47,841 bases of DNA from Anaerolineales bacterium (GTDB taxonomy: Bacteria > Chloroflexota > Anaerolineae > Anaerolineales > UBA4823), in NCBI GenBank assembly GCA_041551115.1, contig JBFENN010000002.1, forward strand, positions 1-47,841, given 5' to 3'. Both the position numbers and the translations under genes were made by a program. Shown here piece after piece: positions 1 to 9,314 of the stretch. A model generated the notes under the pieces. The model did not search any database. It worked only from the letters and a program-made list of their open reading frames with translations, and was not told where the DNA came from. Position 1 is the stretch's first letter. Each line of letters begins with the position of its first letter.

Positions 1-269
1 GGTGCATATACTGCCCAAGGTGAAGCACTGAATATATCTGCGCGCCCGCCAACTCCACTCCAAGCAGATTTTGCACCGTTATTGACCTCAACCGAGAAAC
101 GGCCAGATAGCGCGATGAGAGCCGCTTCTTCATCCTGAACTTCCGCTTGCCAGGTTTCGCCTGGTGCTAAACGTAGGATATCTAAGCCAAGCCAGGTAAT
201 CTCGTCCTCGCCAATTTGAAAAATGGATTGGTGTCCACTTTGAGGTTTAATATTTAGCTTTGTTATCAT
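1..269 (-). CDS. iolB: 5-deoxy-glucuronate isomerase (IolB/KduI family). Only the N-terminal 89 codons are present because the gene runs off the left edge.
   Basis: Own minus-strand translation from the ATG at 269-267: MITKLNIKPQSGHQSIFQIGEDEITWLGLDILRLAPGETWQAEVQDEEAALIALSGRFSVEVNNGAKSAWSGVGGRADIFSASPWAVYAP. The pattern (LxLxxGE ... E..hh.LxG.h.V ... hGxRxxhF ... YhP) matches remembered IolB N-termini. It is absent from the ORF track because it is open-ended. Confidence 0.6.
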   Translation of the reverse strand, partial: MITKLNIKPQSGHQSIFQIGEDEITWLGLDILRLAPGETWQAEVQDEEAALIALSGRFSVEVNNGAKSAWSGVGGRADIFSASPWAVYA

Positions 270-292
270 CGATCACCACTCCCATTAAATCT

Positions 293-1105
293 TCAACATG
301 TTATGCTTGCATTGTTTCTTGAGGCCCACAAAAGCGCGTTTTCTCCGCTTGCTAATGGGACGTACTCGAGTCCGATATACCCCTTAAAACCTGCGTTTTT
401 AATCACCGAGCAGAGATGCGTAAAGTCCAACTCACCGGTACCAGGTTCGTGGCGACCCGGAAAATCGGCAAACTGGATATGACCGATCCACTCGCTGTTT
501 TCAGCAATTTTCTGTGGTAGATCTCCCTCAATCATTTGTATATGATAGGTATCGAATTGGAAGCGAATATTTGGGTGGTTGACCACCTTGACTATCTCGA
601 TGCCCTCCTGGCTGGTCGTTAAAAAATATCCGGGATTATCCATCGGATTGAGGGCTTCAATTGTCAGCAACACTCCGGCATCAGCTGCCAATGGTGCTGC
701 ATACTCCAGGTTCTCGATCATGCAATCGCGCTGCTCCTGGCGTGGCTTATCCACCAACTCCACACCGGCAGGAAGCATGATTTTATTAACCGCTAGCCAG
801 CCAGCAATCCGCAGCGCTTCGTCGAATGTATGCCGGAACTCATCTCGTCGGGTTGGGTCAACCAAATAGCCCCGGTTCACACTATCCCACACTGGTACAT
901 CCTGATTGAATAATACGATATCCAAACCCAGTTCTTCCCTGGTAAAACGGAGTGAATCAAGATCAGCATGACTGGGAAATCCAAACTCAATGCCAGTAAA
1001 ACCCAGTTTTGCAACCTCGGCTGATCTTTCTTTGAAAGGCAACTCAGGAAATAACCAGCTGATGTTTGGGGCAAAGTCCAACATGGCAGGTTGCATGAAC
1101 TCCAA
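293..1105 (-). CDS. Hydroxypyruvate-isomerase-family (Hyi/OtnI-like) xylose-isomerase-like TIM-barrel enzyme
   Basis: 270-aa ORF. The N-terminus NISWLFPELPFKERSAEVAKLGFTGIEF is typical of Hyi-type TIM barrels (PF01261 fold). The track start at 1105 is a TTG; the ATG at 1096, just after GGAG, is an alternative start. Confidence 0.8.
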   Translation of the reverse strand: MEFMQPAMLDFAPNISWLFPELPFKERSAEVAKLGFTGIEFGFPSHADLDSLRFTREELGLDIVLFNQDVPVWDSVNRGYLVDPTRRDEFRHTFDEALRIAGWLAVNKIMLPAGVELVDKPRQEQRDCMIENLEYAAPLAADAGVLLTIEALNPMDNPGYFLTTSQEGIEIVKVVNHPNIRFQFDTYHIQMIEGDLPQKIAENSEWIGHIQFADFPGRHEPGTGELDFTHLCSVIKNAGFKGYIGLEYVPLASGENALLWASRNNASITC

Positions 1106-1201
1106 TACCTATCGCGGAATTATCATATCCTGCAGGCTGTAATGGCCACCAGGAGAAGAATACACCTGACGATATGGTTCGTAAAGAAGCGATTTGCTCT
1201 T

Positions 1202-2029
1202 TTAGATCAATTTACTTAAATACTCAAAACTGCGGATCGCATCAGGCACGTTGCCGCATTCAACACTAAATACAATATCATTTGGGCATTTCTTGACGCT
1301 GTTAATGACCCGATTCCAATCTACAACACCATCTCCACAAGCGCATCCGACCGGCGTTCCCGTCACTTTGCCACGCTCTTCATCGCTCTGTGAAAAGCTG
1401 ATGTCCTTTGCGTGCAGATGAACCAGGCGGTCAACAACATGATCCAGCCACTCGTAGGTGTCATCTGTTCCAGCAAGGTAGCTGTTACCCGTGTCATAAT
1501 TGATCCCAATGGCTGGAGATTTCACGAGATCGTAGATGCTGTCTAAACCCTTTAGAGATTTGGTGTATTGCTGATGAGGTTCCAATCCGATCTTGACGCC
1601 ATAACGCTCAGCGACCATCGAGGCTTCTGTGAGCGTGTAAGTCATCAATGAGTAGTCCATATCCTTGGTGGTCCATTCAGGCTTAGGCCCTTCATCCGTG
1701 TTCACCACAGGGGCTCCAGCATCTGATGCCCAGCGGACAGCTTGCTTCAAATACTCAACACTGATCTCCGGTTTGCAGAGAGGGGTATGGGACGATAGTC
1801 CGGACAATTTGATATTATTCGCGTCACACAACTCTTTTACCCAGCGAGGATCATCATACATTGATACACTATGGAAATAGCGCGCTTCACTGAGAAGCTC
1901 ACGTCCAAGATGGACCATGGGTTCAATGTATTGATAACCGATCTCAGCTGCTTTTTCAACACCCCAGGCAAATGGTTTGTCGTGGTGCCGAACGAATTCC
2001 ATGTTGATACCTAGATATATTCTTCCCAT
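1202..2029 (-). CDS. Sugar phosphate isomerase/epimerase-family TIM barrel (IolE/IolI-like candidate)
   Basis: 275 aa. It has the family blocks KIGLEPH, INYDTGNSYLAG, LVHLHAKD and FSVECG. A GAGGA RBS precedes the ATG at 2029. Confidence 0.75.
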   Translation of the reverse strand: MGRIYLGINMEFVRHHDKPFAWGVEKAAEIGYQYIEPMVHLGRELLSEARYFHSVSMYDDPRWVKELCDANNIKLSGLSSHTPLCKPEISVEYLKQAVRWASDAGAPVVNTDEGPKPEWTTKDMDYSLMTYTLTEASMVAERYGVKIGLEPHQQYTKSLKGLDSIYDLVKSPAIGINYDTGNSYLAGTDDTYEWLDHVVDRLVHLHAKDISFSQSDEERGKVTGTPVGCACGDGVVDWNRVINSVKKCPNDIVFSVECGNVPDAIRSFEYLSKLI

Positions 2030-2073
2030 GTAGTTGTCCTCAGCATTTGGTTGAAATTATGGTTTACCTTTTT

Positions 2074-2946
2074 CTATCCTGACATCCGTTTATTCGCGTC
2101 CGCGACAATTTCGCGCACAAAAGCAAGGCTTTGCTCGATCATGGGTCCACCCTGCCCTTCACATTCCAGGCTGACTACGCCATCGTAATTCATGTCAACG
2201 AGAATATCAAAGCACTTCTTAATATTCTCAACATTTACACCGTCTCCGATCGCACATTGGCTGACCGCGATCCCGGTTAACTCGCCGCGCAACGAGGCAG
2301 ATAGAGATTCACTCACGTCTTTCACATGCACATGACTGACTTTATGTTTAAATTTTTGCAGGAAAGCCACTGGATCTTGTCCAGCAATAAATGTATTTCC
2401 AGTATCCATATTCATACGAAGATATGGGCTATCAACAAAGGCAAGCATTTTTTCCATATACTCAGGTTTGGTGGTGTAGTAACCATGCGGTTCGATATTG
2501 ATGATCATCTTATAACGCTCTGCAACTTCCAAGATTTGACCATAAGATCGCTTCATCATTTCTAAAGCTTCGTCATTGGAAAGACCTTTCGGAGCGAAGC
2601 GGTCATCAGTGGTATCGATGTGCTTGCACCCCGCAAGATGTGCCCAGCGGATAGTGCGTATCGCATACTCCACCCCTAAAGATGAGCCTTCTGGCAATGA
2701 CATTGGGAACGCAGCGTCGATCTGTGAAAAACGAACCCCATATTCCGCGGCTTTTTCACGCCACATCATGGGTTCTTCCCACATGGCAACATGCGGTTGG
2801 TAACCCAGACCGTGAATCCAACTAACGCCATCAATCATGCCGCATTCGATCCAATGGACATCATTCTTTTGCGCCCACTGGAGGCACTGCTCAAAATTCC
2901 AATAGCTACTGTTAAACGCATCCGTATGAAAACCGATCTCGATCAT
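2074..2946 (-). CDS. Sugar phosphate isomerase/epimerase-family TIM barrel, paralog of 1202-2029
   Basis: 290 aa. It carries the same block order: INIEPHG, MNMDTGNTFIAG, VSHVHVKD and VSLECEG. An AAGGAG RBS lies upstream of 2946. Confidence 0.75.
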   Translation of the reverse strand: MIEIGFHTDAFNSSYWNFEQCLQWAQKNDVHWIECGMIDGVSWIHGLGYQPHVAMWEEPMMWREKAAEYGVRFSQIDAAFPMSLPEGSSLGVEYAIRTIRWAHLAGCKHIDTTDDRFAPKGLSNDEALEMMKRSYGQILEVAERYKMIINIEPHGYYTTKPEYMEKMLAFVDSPYLRMNMDTGNTFIAGQDPVAFLQKFKHKVSHVHVKDVSESLSASLRGELTGIAVSQCAIGDGVNVENIKKCFDILVDMNYDGVVSLECEGQGGPMIEQSLAFVREIVADANKRMSG

Positions 2947-2987
2947 GGATAACGAACTCCTTTCATGGTTACTCGTTTACTAAAAGA

Positions 2988-3018
2988 TTGAGCCCGCCCG
3001 AAAGTCGAGCGGGCTCAA
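2988..3018 (-). terminator. Rho-independent terminator or attenuator after the substrate-binding-protein gene
   Basis: 10-bp stem TTGAGCCCGC (2988-2997) pairs with GCGGGCTCAA (3009-3018) across an 11-nt loop. On the minus strand it is followed by TCTTTT. It sits between the SBP stop (3044) and the next gene start (2946). Confidence 0.6.
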
Positions 3019-3043
3019 ATCTAGAAAGCTGCCAAATTCAAAA

Positions 3044-4351
3044 TTATGGAGTGTCGACGTATTTGTTGATGTCGGGTGTCTTCCAGGAATCTGGGTAGTT
3101 CGTCATATCTTCGCACCCGCACAACGCATAGTGCAGCGGGGGCATTTCAGGATTTTCGTATTGATCCAAGTTGGCTGCAACGACATCCGGTTGGGGCAGG
3201 TACCAGCTATGCTGGACAGTCTCGCCCTGCAGGAACATGACGGCAGATAATACTGCTGTGCGCCACTGGAATGTTGGGAAGGTGGGAGCAATGGCAGTCA
3301 GGTTGTTTTCCTTCCAATACGCCAGGTAGTCTTGCTGATCTTCTCCAACCATTACCTTTGGATAGGGAGCCCCAGCATCCTTGAAGGCTTCCAGGATGGT
3401 TACAGCAGTACCGCCAGCATCCATCCAGACTGCATCAATGGTTCCGAATTTTGCTAGATAGTCGGAGACAACGGTGTTGGCTTTGAAGGAGTCATAACCG
3501 ACGAATTCTACACCAATGATGTTGAGTTGCGGGTTCTCTTCGAAAATCTTACGGGCTGCACCCCAACGGTGCTCTAGCACATCAACACCAGGAAGGATGC
3601 GGAAAGCAAGCACGTTACCGCCTTCAGGCAGGTTGTCTACGACAAACTGTGCACCAGAGATGCCGAAGGCATAACCACCAATTGTCCGTTCGGAAACGAC
3701 TGGGCAGTCGGTTTGAGCATAGCGGTCAAACTGGACGACAGGCATGACTTCGCAAGCTTTCTCAACGATAGGAGTCAGGGCTTCACTTGTGTTGGAGGCT
3801 ACGATTAAGACATCGCATTTACCAGGGGTATTAATGATATCCTGGATGTCAGAGATCTGCTTGGCATCGTTGCCCTGGGCATCTAAGTGATAGAAGTTAT
3901 TTACCAAACCCTCGGCTCGGAGTTCTTCAACCTGCTCTCGAATATCAATGTATCCAACTACACGCCAGGGATTGTTAACGCCAGCATTGGAGAAGCAGAC
4001 ATTGTATGGGGGTTCCTTCGCAGCGAAATCGGCATATTGAGGATATTCGCTGATGTCCGTAGAACTATCCACAAGGTATTGCAAGTAAATGGGGGCATCT
4101 GGATTCAGCGGCGAAGCACTCATCAGTTCTTTTTCTTTATTATATTCTTCTTCGCTCCAGAACTGCGGTGCTACAGTGGCTGACTCCATCTGAAGACCAG
4201 GATTTCCCGCTGCAGCTGGTTCTTCTACTGCAGGTTCCTCTACTACAGGTTCTTCTACTGCAGGGGCTTCAGTGGCAGCTGTCTGGCATGCCGCTAACAT
4301 CATGCTCATAGCAACTAACAACGAAACGATTAAGTACATACTCTTTTTCAT
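3044..4351 (-). CDS. Sugar ABC transporter substrate-binding lipoprotein (periplasmic-binding-protein type I, CUT2-associated)
   Basis: 435 aa. Lipoprotein signal MKKSMYLIVSLLVAMSMMLAAC, then an acidic linker EAPAVEEPVVEEPAVEEPAA, then a PBP-like body. A GGAGGAG RBS is present. It is adjacent to two RbsC-like permeases and a double ATPase. Confidence 0.85.
   Translation of the reverse strand: MKKSMYLIVSLLVAMSMMLAACQTAATEAPAVEEPVVEEPAVEEPAAAGNPGLQMESATVAPQFWSEEEYNKEKELMSASPLNPDAPIYLQYLVDSSTDISEYPQYADFAAKEPPYNVCFSNAGVNNPWRVVGYIDIREQVEELRAEGLVNNFYHLDAQGNDAKQISDIQDIINTPGKCDVLIVASNTSEALTPIVEKACEVMPVVQFDRYAQTDCPVVSERTIGGYAFGISGAQFVVDNLPEGGNVLAFRILPGVDVLEHRWGAARKIFEENPQLNIIGVEFVGYDSFKANTVVSDYLAKFGTIDAVWMDAGGTAVTILEAFKDAGAPYPKVMVGEDQQDYLAYWKENNLTAIAPTFPTFQWRTAVLSAVMFLQGETVQHSWYLPQPDVVAANLDQYENPEMPPLHYALCGCEDMTNYPDSWKTPDINKYVDTP
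4219..4263 (-). repeat. 3 x 15-bp tandem repeat encoding the (P-A/V-V-E-E)n linker of the lipoprotein
   Basis: gttcttctactgcag / gttcctctactacag / gttcttctactgcag on the plus strand. It is in frame within the SBP gene. Confidence 0.8.
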
Positions 4352-4506
4352 TTGTAAATCTCCTCCACAAATATCTAAGAATTTATATCAACCAATCTGT
4401 GCTTGCTTTACACAAACAATTTTTCTTATGCGCACCTCCTGTTTATACATCTGCTCTCGCTGGTAATTCTATCAGATCATTGGGGTTGCGAGGAGGTAAT
4501 ACCGAT

Positions 4507-5514
4507 TTACTGTTTCTTCTGTGAAGTCAAACCGACATAAGCAACAGCACCAATGATGATCATACCTTGAACAACATCTGTGTAAGGTTTGGGTAGTCCA
4601 AGCAAGTTGAGCAAGTTAACAATCGCTTGCAGGGTAAATGCACCAAAAATGACGTTGGGCACTGAGCCCTTGCCTCCACCTAACAAGACGCCACCAACTA
4701 CGCAGGCAGCTATTGCCTGCATTTCCAGTCCTTCCCCAATCGTAACATTCACACCACCATACCCGCCGATCATTATCCCTCCAATAATTGCAAAGGATGA
4801 ACAAACAATGAAGGTGATCACGCGTACCAACTTGACCCTTACGCCTGATAACAGGCTTGCACGGACATTGTCGCCTATAGCCAGGATTTGCTTTCCATAA
4901 TTTGTGCGGCTGAATATGATGTATGAAATGATCCCAATAACAATCATTATGATCAGTGCATAAGGGACCCTGCCAAATATAGGAACATTTTCAATGTAAT
5001 TTCTGCCAAAAGCACGCCAGTTATCCGTCAAATAGCCTTGCGGTGCTCCACCGACATAATACAAAGCACCACCACGAACAAGTAACATCATTCCAAGCGT
5101 GGTAATAAAAGAAGGAATCTTCAGAAAACTGACAATCAAACCATTCACCAGTCCAATTAATAGACCAAATCCCAACATGATCATTATGGCGGGAAATGCA
5201 TTCGCAGGATCATTTGCCAGCAGTTTTGAGCTCACCAGGACCACAAAAGTAACAATGGCTCCAACAGATAGATCGAAACCACCTATCGCTAGGACAAACA
5301 TCTCACCTATTGCAAGCACTGCCAAAGGCGAAGCCGTTCGGAAAAATGTCATAATCCCATTCATTGATTGATATTTAACAGGATTGAGAAATCCTAATAC
5401 AATAAAGATGAGAAAGAAGACGGGGTAGACTGGGGGGATTTTCTTAATCCCACCCCATGTATTCTGGAGGATATTAGATATCCCTCCTCGAGAAGTTACG
5501 GTAGATGTCGTCAT
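4507..5514 (-). CDS. Sugar ABC transporter permease (RbsC/AraH-like, BPD_transp_2 family)
   Basis: 335 aa, highly hydrophobic and polytopic, Gly-rich C-terminal segments (GGVLLGGGKGS) typical of ribose-type permeases. Operon context supports the call. Confidence 0.85.
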   Translation of the reverse strand: MTTSTVTSRGGISNILQNTWGGIKKIPPVYPVFFLIFIVLGFLNPVKYQSMNGIMTFFRTASPLAVLAIGEMFVLAIGGFDLSVGAIVTFVVLVSSKLLANDPANAFPAIMIMLGFGLLIGLVNGLIVSFLKIPSFITTLGMMLLVRGGALYYVGGAPQGYLTDNWRAFGRNYIENVPIFGRVPYALIIMIVIGIISYIIFSRTNYGKQILAIGDNVRASLLSGVRVKLVRVITFIVCSSFAIIGGIMIGGYGGVNVTIGEGLEMQAIAACVVGGVLLGGGKGSVPNVIFGAFTLQAIVNLLNLLGLPKPYTDVVQGMIIIGAVAYVGLTSQKKQ

Positions 5515-5527
5515 ATTCGATCCATTC

Positions 5528-6523
5528 CTAAGCCACTTCTGCCTTCGAGCGTATCGTGTAGCTTGCTACGGCTAAAACAATGATCGCACCTCGCAGGACC
5601 ATTTTGAGATATGGATTCACCCCCAGCTGGTTAAAAGTAGTGTCCAGAATGCCGAAGATCAAAACTCCGGCGAGCGTACCCCATACTCCTCCTTTCCCAC
5701 CGGAGAGAGCTGTTCCCCCAATAACCGTTGCGGCTATTGATTCCAGATCATATAATCCATTCGGCCCAACCCAGGGGGCCCCTGATCGCATGAGACTGAC
5801 TAAAAAAAATCCCGACACAACTGCGGTCATACTGCAAAAGACATGTGCGCCGATCAAGACACGATCGGTTCTAACACCGGAGAGGCGGGCAACCTCAGAA
5901 TTTCCACCGACACCATAAAGATGAGCCCCAAATTTTGTCCGGGCTAGCAGGAACCATCCCACCAGGACTACGATTAACATGATGATGATGGATACAGGTA
6001 TGGGACCAATGGTGCCGTAACCGAAGTATTCAAAACTTTGTGGAACACTGCCAGTATAGTTTGAAAATGTGGCATTGATGATCCCTTTGATGATCAAGGC
6101 TGTACCGAGAGTGGCAATAAAGGGGTTGACCTTTAGTTTCGTAATGATCAGCCCATTTGCCAGCCCGATAATCACTCCGATTCCTAAAACAGCAGGAATC
6201 GCTATTGGAACATTGGCGGTTTCACCCTGCATGATGTATGAGGACATTACGGCTGTGATGCTGATTGTAAAAGCGACAGAAAGGTCAATGGATGCACCAA
6301 TGATCACCAAGGTTTGGCCGACTGCAACAATTCCCAAGGCAACAGATCGGACAATGATGTTCAGCATAATTGCTGGATTTGATAGTATTTGACCATCTGA
6401 TAATATCTGATCCAACAACCCGCTGACCAAGAAAATAACGATCAAGAAAAGATAAACTGGGGGTATATGGATAGAACGCGTGGTTCGTCTTAACCAGCTA
6501 TTGGAGACAGTAGCGGTTGTCAT
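5528..6523 (-). CDS. Sugar ABC transporter permease (RbsC/AraH-like), second subunit
   Basis: 331 aa, a paralog of 4507-5514 (GGTALSGGKGG). It starts 1 nt after the ATPase stop. Confidence 0.85.
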   Translation of the reverse strand: MTTATVSNSWLRRTTRSIHIPPVYLFLIVIFLVSGLLDQILSDGQILSNPAIMLNIIVRSVALGIVAVGQTLVIIGASIDLSVAFTISITAVMSSYIMQGETANVPIAIPAVLGIGVIIGLANGLIITKLKVNPFIATLGTALIIKGIINATFSNYTGSVPQSFEYFGYGTIGPIPVSIIIMLIVVLVGWFLLARTKFGAHLYGVGGNSEVARLSGVRTDRVLIGAHVFCSMTAVVSGFFLVSLMRSGAPWVGPNGLYDLESIAATVIGGTALSGGKGGVWGTLAGVLIFGILDTTFNQLGVNPYLKMVLRGAIIVLAVASYTIRSKAEVA

Positions 6524-6524
6524 G

Positions 6525-8111
6525 TCATTCCCTTCCCACTGAGTTATTCATCTCTGAATGCTCATTGTTTATATGACCGGTAGCCAGCAGCATGATCTCT
6601 TGTTCACTAGAATTTGCGGGAAGTTCTCCAGCAACCCTATGATCTGCCATGACAAGTACTCGATCGCTCATCCCTATGATTTCTGGCAATTCAGACGATA
6701 TCATCAATACTGCTATGCCCTTTTTTGTCAATGCTCGAATCATATCGTGGATACCTGCCTTTGATTCCACATCGATACCGCGGGTTGGCTCATCAAAAAT
6801 GAACACCTCCGCATCTGAAGCCAACCACTTGGCAAGCACTACTTTTTGCTGATTTCCACCACTCAAGTATTGTGCTTCGCGATTAAATGAGTCGGTTCTA
6901 ATATCGACCTGTTCTCCTAGCATGGGGACGAGTTTACGAGAATTGCTGATCCCATTCCTGAAGATGAGGCCGAATAAAGGTTGAACAGCCCGGACGGTTA
7001 ATAGCATATTATCTCTAATCGATTGTCTTGGGGCAATTCCTTCCGATTTCCGGTCTTCGGTGACAAATCCCATCTTGTTCTTGATCGCCCTCGCAGGGCT
7101 TTTTACCGCGATGGCTTTGCCATAAAGCTCCATTTTGCCTGTTTTAAATGGCACCACACCAAATATTGATTGAGCCAATTCTGTACGTCCTGATCCCTGC
7201 AATCCCGCGACACCTAAAACCTCTCCTTTGCGAAGCTCAAAGCTGATGTCTGTTAATATTTGGTTGGAAGCGTCTTTAACCCTCAATACCACCTCGCCAA
7301 AATCCTCCGGGGCACCCAACGGAGGGAAGTAATGATCAAGCGTGCGACCGACCATCATGAACACAATCTGTTCTGGTGTCACATCTTTCGTCATGGCAGT
7401 GCCCACTAATTCCCCATCTTTTAAAACCGAGATCTTTTCGGCGATATCGAATACTTCTATCAAGCGATGGGAGATAAAAATTATCGCCATGCCACGAGCC
7501 TTCAGCTTTGCTATAAGGTCAGTGAGTATTTTCACTTCTACTGAAGTTAATGATGCTGTGGGCTCATCCATGATGAGGACTTTGGAATCAAACGAGATGG
7601 CCTTTGCAATCTCCACGATCTGTTGTTCTGCAACGGATAGTGTACTGCACAAGGCTGATGGCGAGATTATCTGATCTGCTCCCAGTTCTTTTAGGACTAC
7701 AGCTGCATTTTTATTTAACCCGCTAACATCCAGTACTCCGAATTTTCGCGGTTCTCTACCTAGGAATATGTTCTGAGCAACTGTTCGCTCGGGGAGTAAA
7801 TTAAACTCCTGGTATATGATGCTAACGCCCTGTTCTTGGGCTTCTTGCGGGTGAGAAAATGAGACTTTTTGGTCTTGAAGAATGATTTCCCCTGAATCAG
7901 GGATATATGCCCCCGCCATAATTTTCATCAAGGTGGATTTTCCCGCACCGTTCTCACCGACAATCGCGTGAACCTCGCCTGGAAAAAACTGCAGGGAGAC
8001 ATTATTCAATGCCTTAACGCCGGGAAACTGTTTGGAAATATCACGAGCTTCCATAATAGGCATTTGATTACTGGTTATTTCATTGTCTATATTGTAATTT
8101 TCAGGAATCAT
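6525..8111 (-). CDS. Sugar ABC transporter ATP-binding protein with duplicated ABC cassette (RbsA/MglA-like)
   Basis: 528 aa. Walker A GENGAGKST; signature and Walker B LSVAEQQ...LIMDEPT in the first cassette; LSGGNQQK...FIFDEPTRGID in the second. Confidence 0.9.
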   Translation of the reverse strand: MIPENYNIDNEITSNQMPIMEARDISKQFPGVKALNNVSLQFFPGEVHAIVGENGAGKSTLMKIMAGAYIPDSGEIILQDQKVSFSHPQEAQEQGVSIIYQEFNLLPERTVAQNIFLGREPRKFGVLDVSGLNKNAAVVLKELGADQIISPSALCSTLSVAEQQIVEIAKAISFDSKVLIMDEPTASLTSVEVKILTDLIAKLKARGMAIIFISHRLIEVFDIAEKISVLKDGELVGTAMTKDVTPEQIVFMMVGRTLDHYFPPLGAPEDFGEVVLRVKDASNQILTDISFELRKGEVLGVAGLQGSGRTELAQSIFGVVPFKTGKMELYGKAIAVKSPARAIKNKMGFVTEDRKSEGIAPRQSIRDNMLLTVRAVQPLFGLIFRNGISNSRKLVPMLGEQVDIRTDSFNREAQYLSGGNQQKVVLAKWLASDAEVFIFDEPTRGIDVESKAGIHDMIRALTKKGIAVLMISSELPEIIGMSDRVLVMADHRVAGELPANSSEQEIMLLATGHINNEHSEMNNSVGRE

Positions 8112-8138
8112 ATTAAACTCGTCTCATCAAGGTGCTGC

Positions 8139-8987
8139 TCAAGTCAGAAGGGAGTTTAGGAATTTCAATCCTTGCATAGCGATAGCATCCTGGCTTGGGG
8201 CAATCTCGCGCCAGATTGACACTGCGCGTGCAATTTCCTTTACCTGTGACGTGAATGATTCGATCACGACTGGTCCATCATAATTCACATCTTTCAAAGC
8301 CTTGGCAACCTCATTCCAATGCACTTGACCAGTACCGGGGACTCCCCGGTCATTCTCACAAGCATGGAAATGATAGATTTTCTCATTCGCCAGTCGGATA
8401 GCATCACCACTGTCTTTTTCTTCCAGGTGCATGTGAAAGGTATCCAGATGTAAGCCTACATTGTCCATACCGATCTGATCTATAAACTCAAGACCTTGCG
8501 AGACAACATTAAGCATGTCCGTCTCAAATCGGTTTAGTGTTTCGAGCGCGAGCTTGATATCTTTTGATTTGGCATATTGCGCCATTTGGCGAACACCATG
8601 CACAGAGAGATCCCATTCTGCTTTCCGAACATGTTCATCTTCGATATGCTCTTTACCGACAGCCGAATACATAGGCCCGCATACAACCGGAGAACCGATT
8701 TCGTCCGCCGTGTCAATGAGCCAGCGGATATAGACCTTGGCATTCTCAACGATTTGCGGGTCGCTGCTGCAAATATTCCGGTCTGGTCCAAAAGCACCAC
8801 AAACAATTGGCATTAAATGGTTCTGCTTCAAGTCATTTTTGACTTGTGAAGCATTAATTAACTCTGGGGTTTCGCAGGCAATCTCGAGTATATCAAAACC
8901 TAAATCCTTCACTTTGGGAGCCAGGTCTTTAACTGCAGATGTCGTGCAAGGTGATACCCAGACAAAAGTATTGACACCAAATTTCAT
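8139..8987 (-). CDS. Ketose 3-epimerase-like (D-psicose/D-tagatose 3-epimerase family) TIM barrel
   Basis: 282 aa. Blocks LALETLNRFE, LHLDTFHMHLEE, HFHACENDRGVPGTGQVHW and VVIESF follow the remembered DTEase pattern. An AGGAG RBS is present. Confidence 0.75.
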   Translation of the reverse strand: MKFGVNTFVWVSPCTTSAVKDLAPKVKDLGFDILEIACETPELINASQVKNDLKQNHLMPIVCGAFGPDRNICSSDPQIVENAKVYIRWLIDTADEIGSPVVCGPMYSAVGKEHIEDEHVRKAEWDLSVHGVRQMAQYAKSKDIKLALETLNRFETDMLNVVSQGLEFIDQIGMDNVGLHLDTFHMHLEEKDSGDAIRLANEKIYHFHACENDRGVPGTGQVHWNEVAKALKDVNYDGPVVIESFTSQVKEIARAVSIWREIAPSQDAIAMQGLKFLNSLLT

Positions 8988-9104
8988 TCCGTGCTCCTAG
9001 TAATCTCTTCTCCTACATGCTGTCTCTGCTTCATTCGAAGGTGACCTTATAATTCATGGTTCAATTAAGATGTCGCTATTTCCAGTATCTATCTATTTAT
9101 GAGA

Positions 9105-9120
9105 ACACATTTTACATACT
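9105..9120 (-). promoter_or_regulatory. Weak half-site copy of the candidate GntR operator, upstream of the transporter/epimerase operon
   Basis: The plus strand reads ACACATTTTACATACT. The minus strand reads TGTAAAATGTGT, which matches one arm plus the spacer of the TGTAA-N4-TTACA palindromes at 10081 and 11291. Confidence 0.35.
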
Positions 9121-9314
9121 GCGGGTCGAATGAAGCAATGGGTGGGTCTCTGAAACTGTAGTGTAATTAGGTTGATTCATTTCTTACTACTTATCAAATC
9201 AAAATCACCCAAAAAGGTCGAAAGGTTGGAGATTTACACCGCTGCCATTTATAACGGTTGATATTCCGCTAGCACTGGGCTATTGCGGTGAGATAGCATT
9301 TTACAATAAATCCA

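Noticed and set aside
4219-4263. Short tandem repeats as a possible CRISPR-like or regulatory array
   Set aside because: There are only three 15-bp units. They are in frame and encode the Pro/Glu/Val linker after the lipobox Cys of the binding protein.
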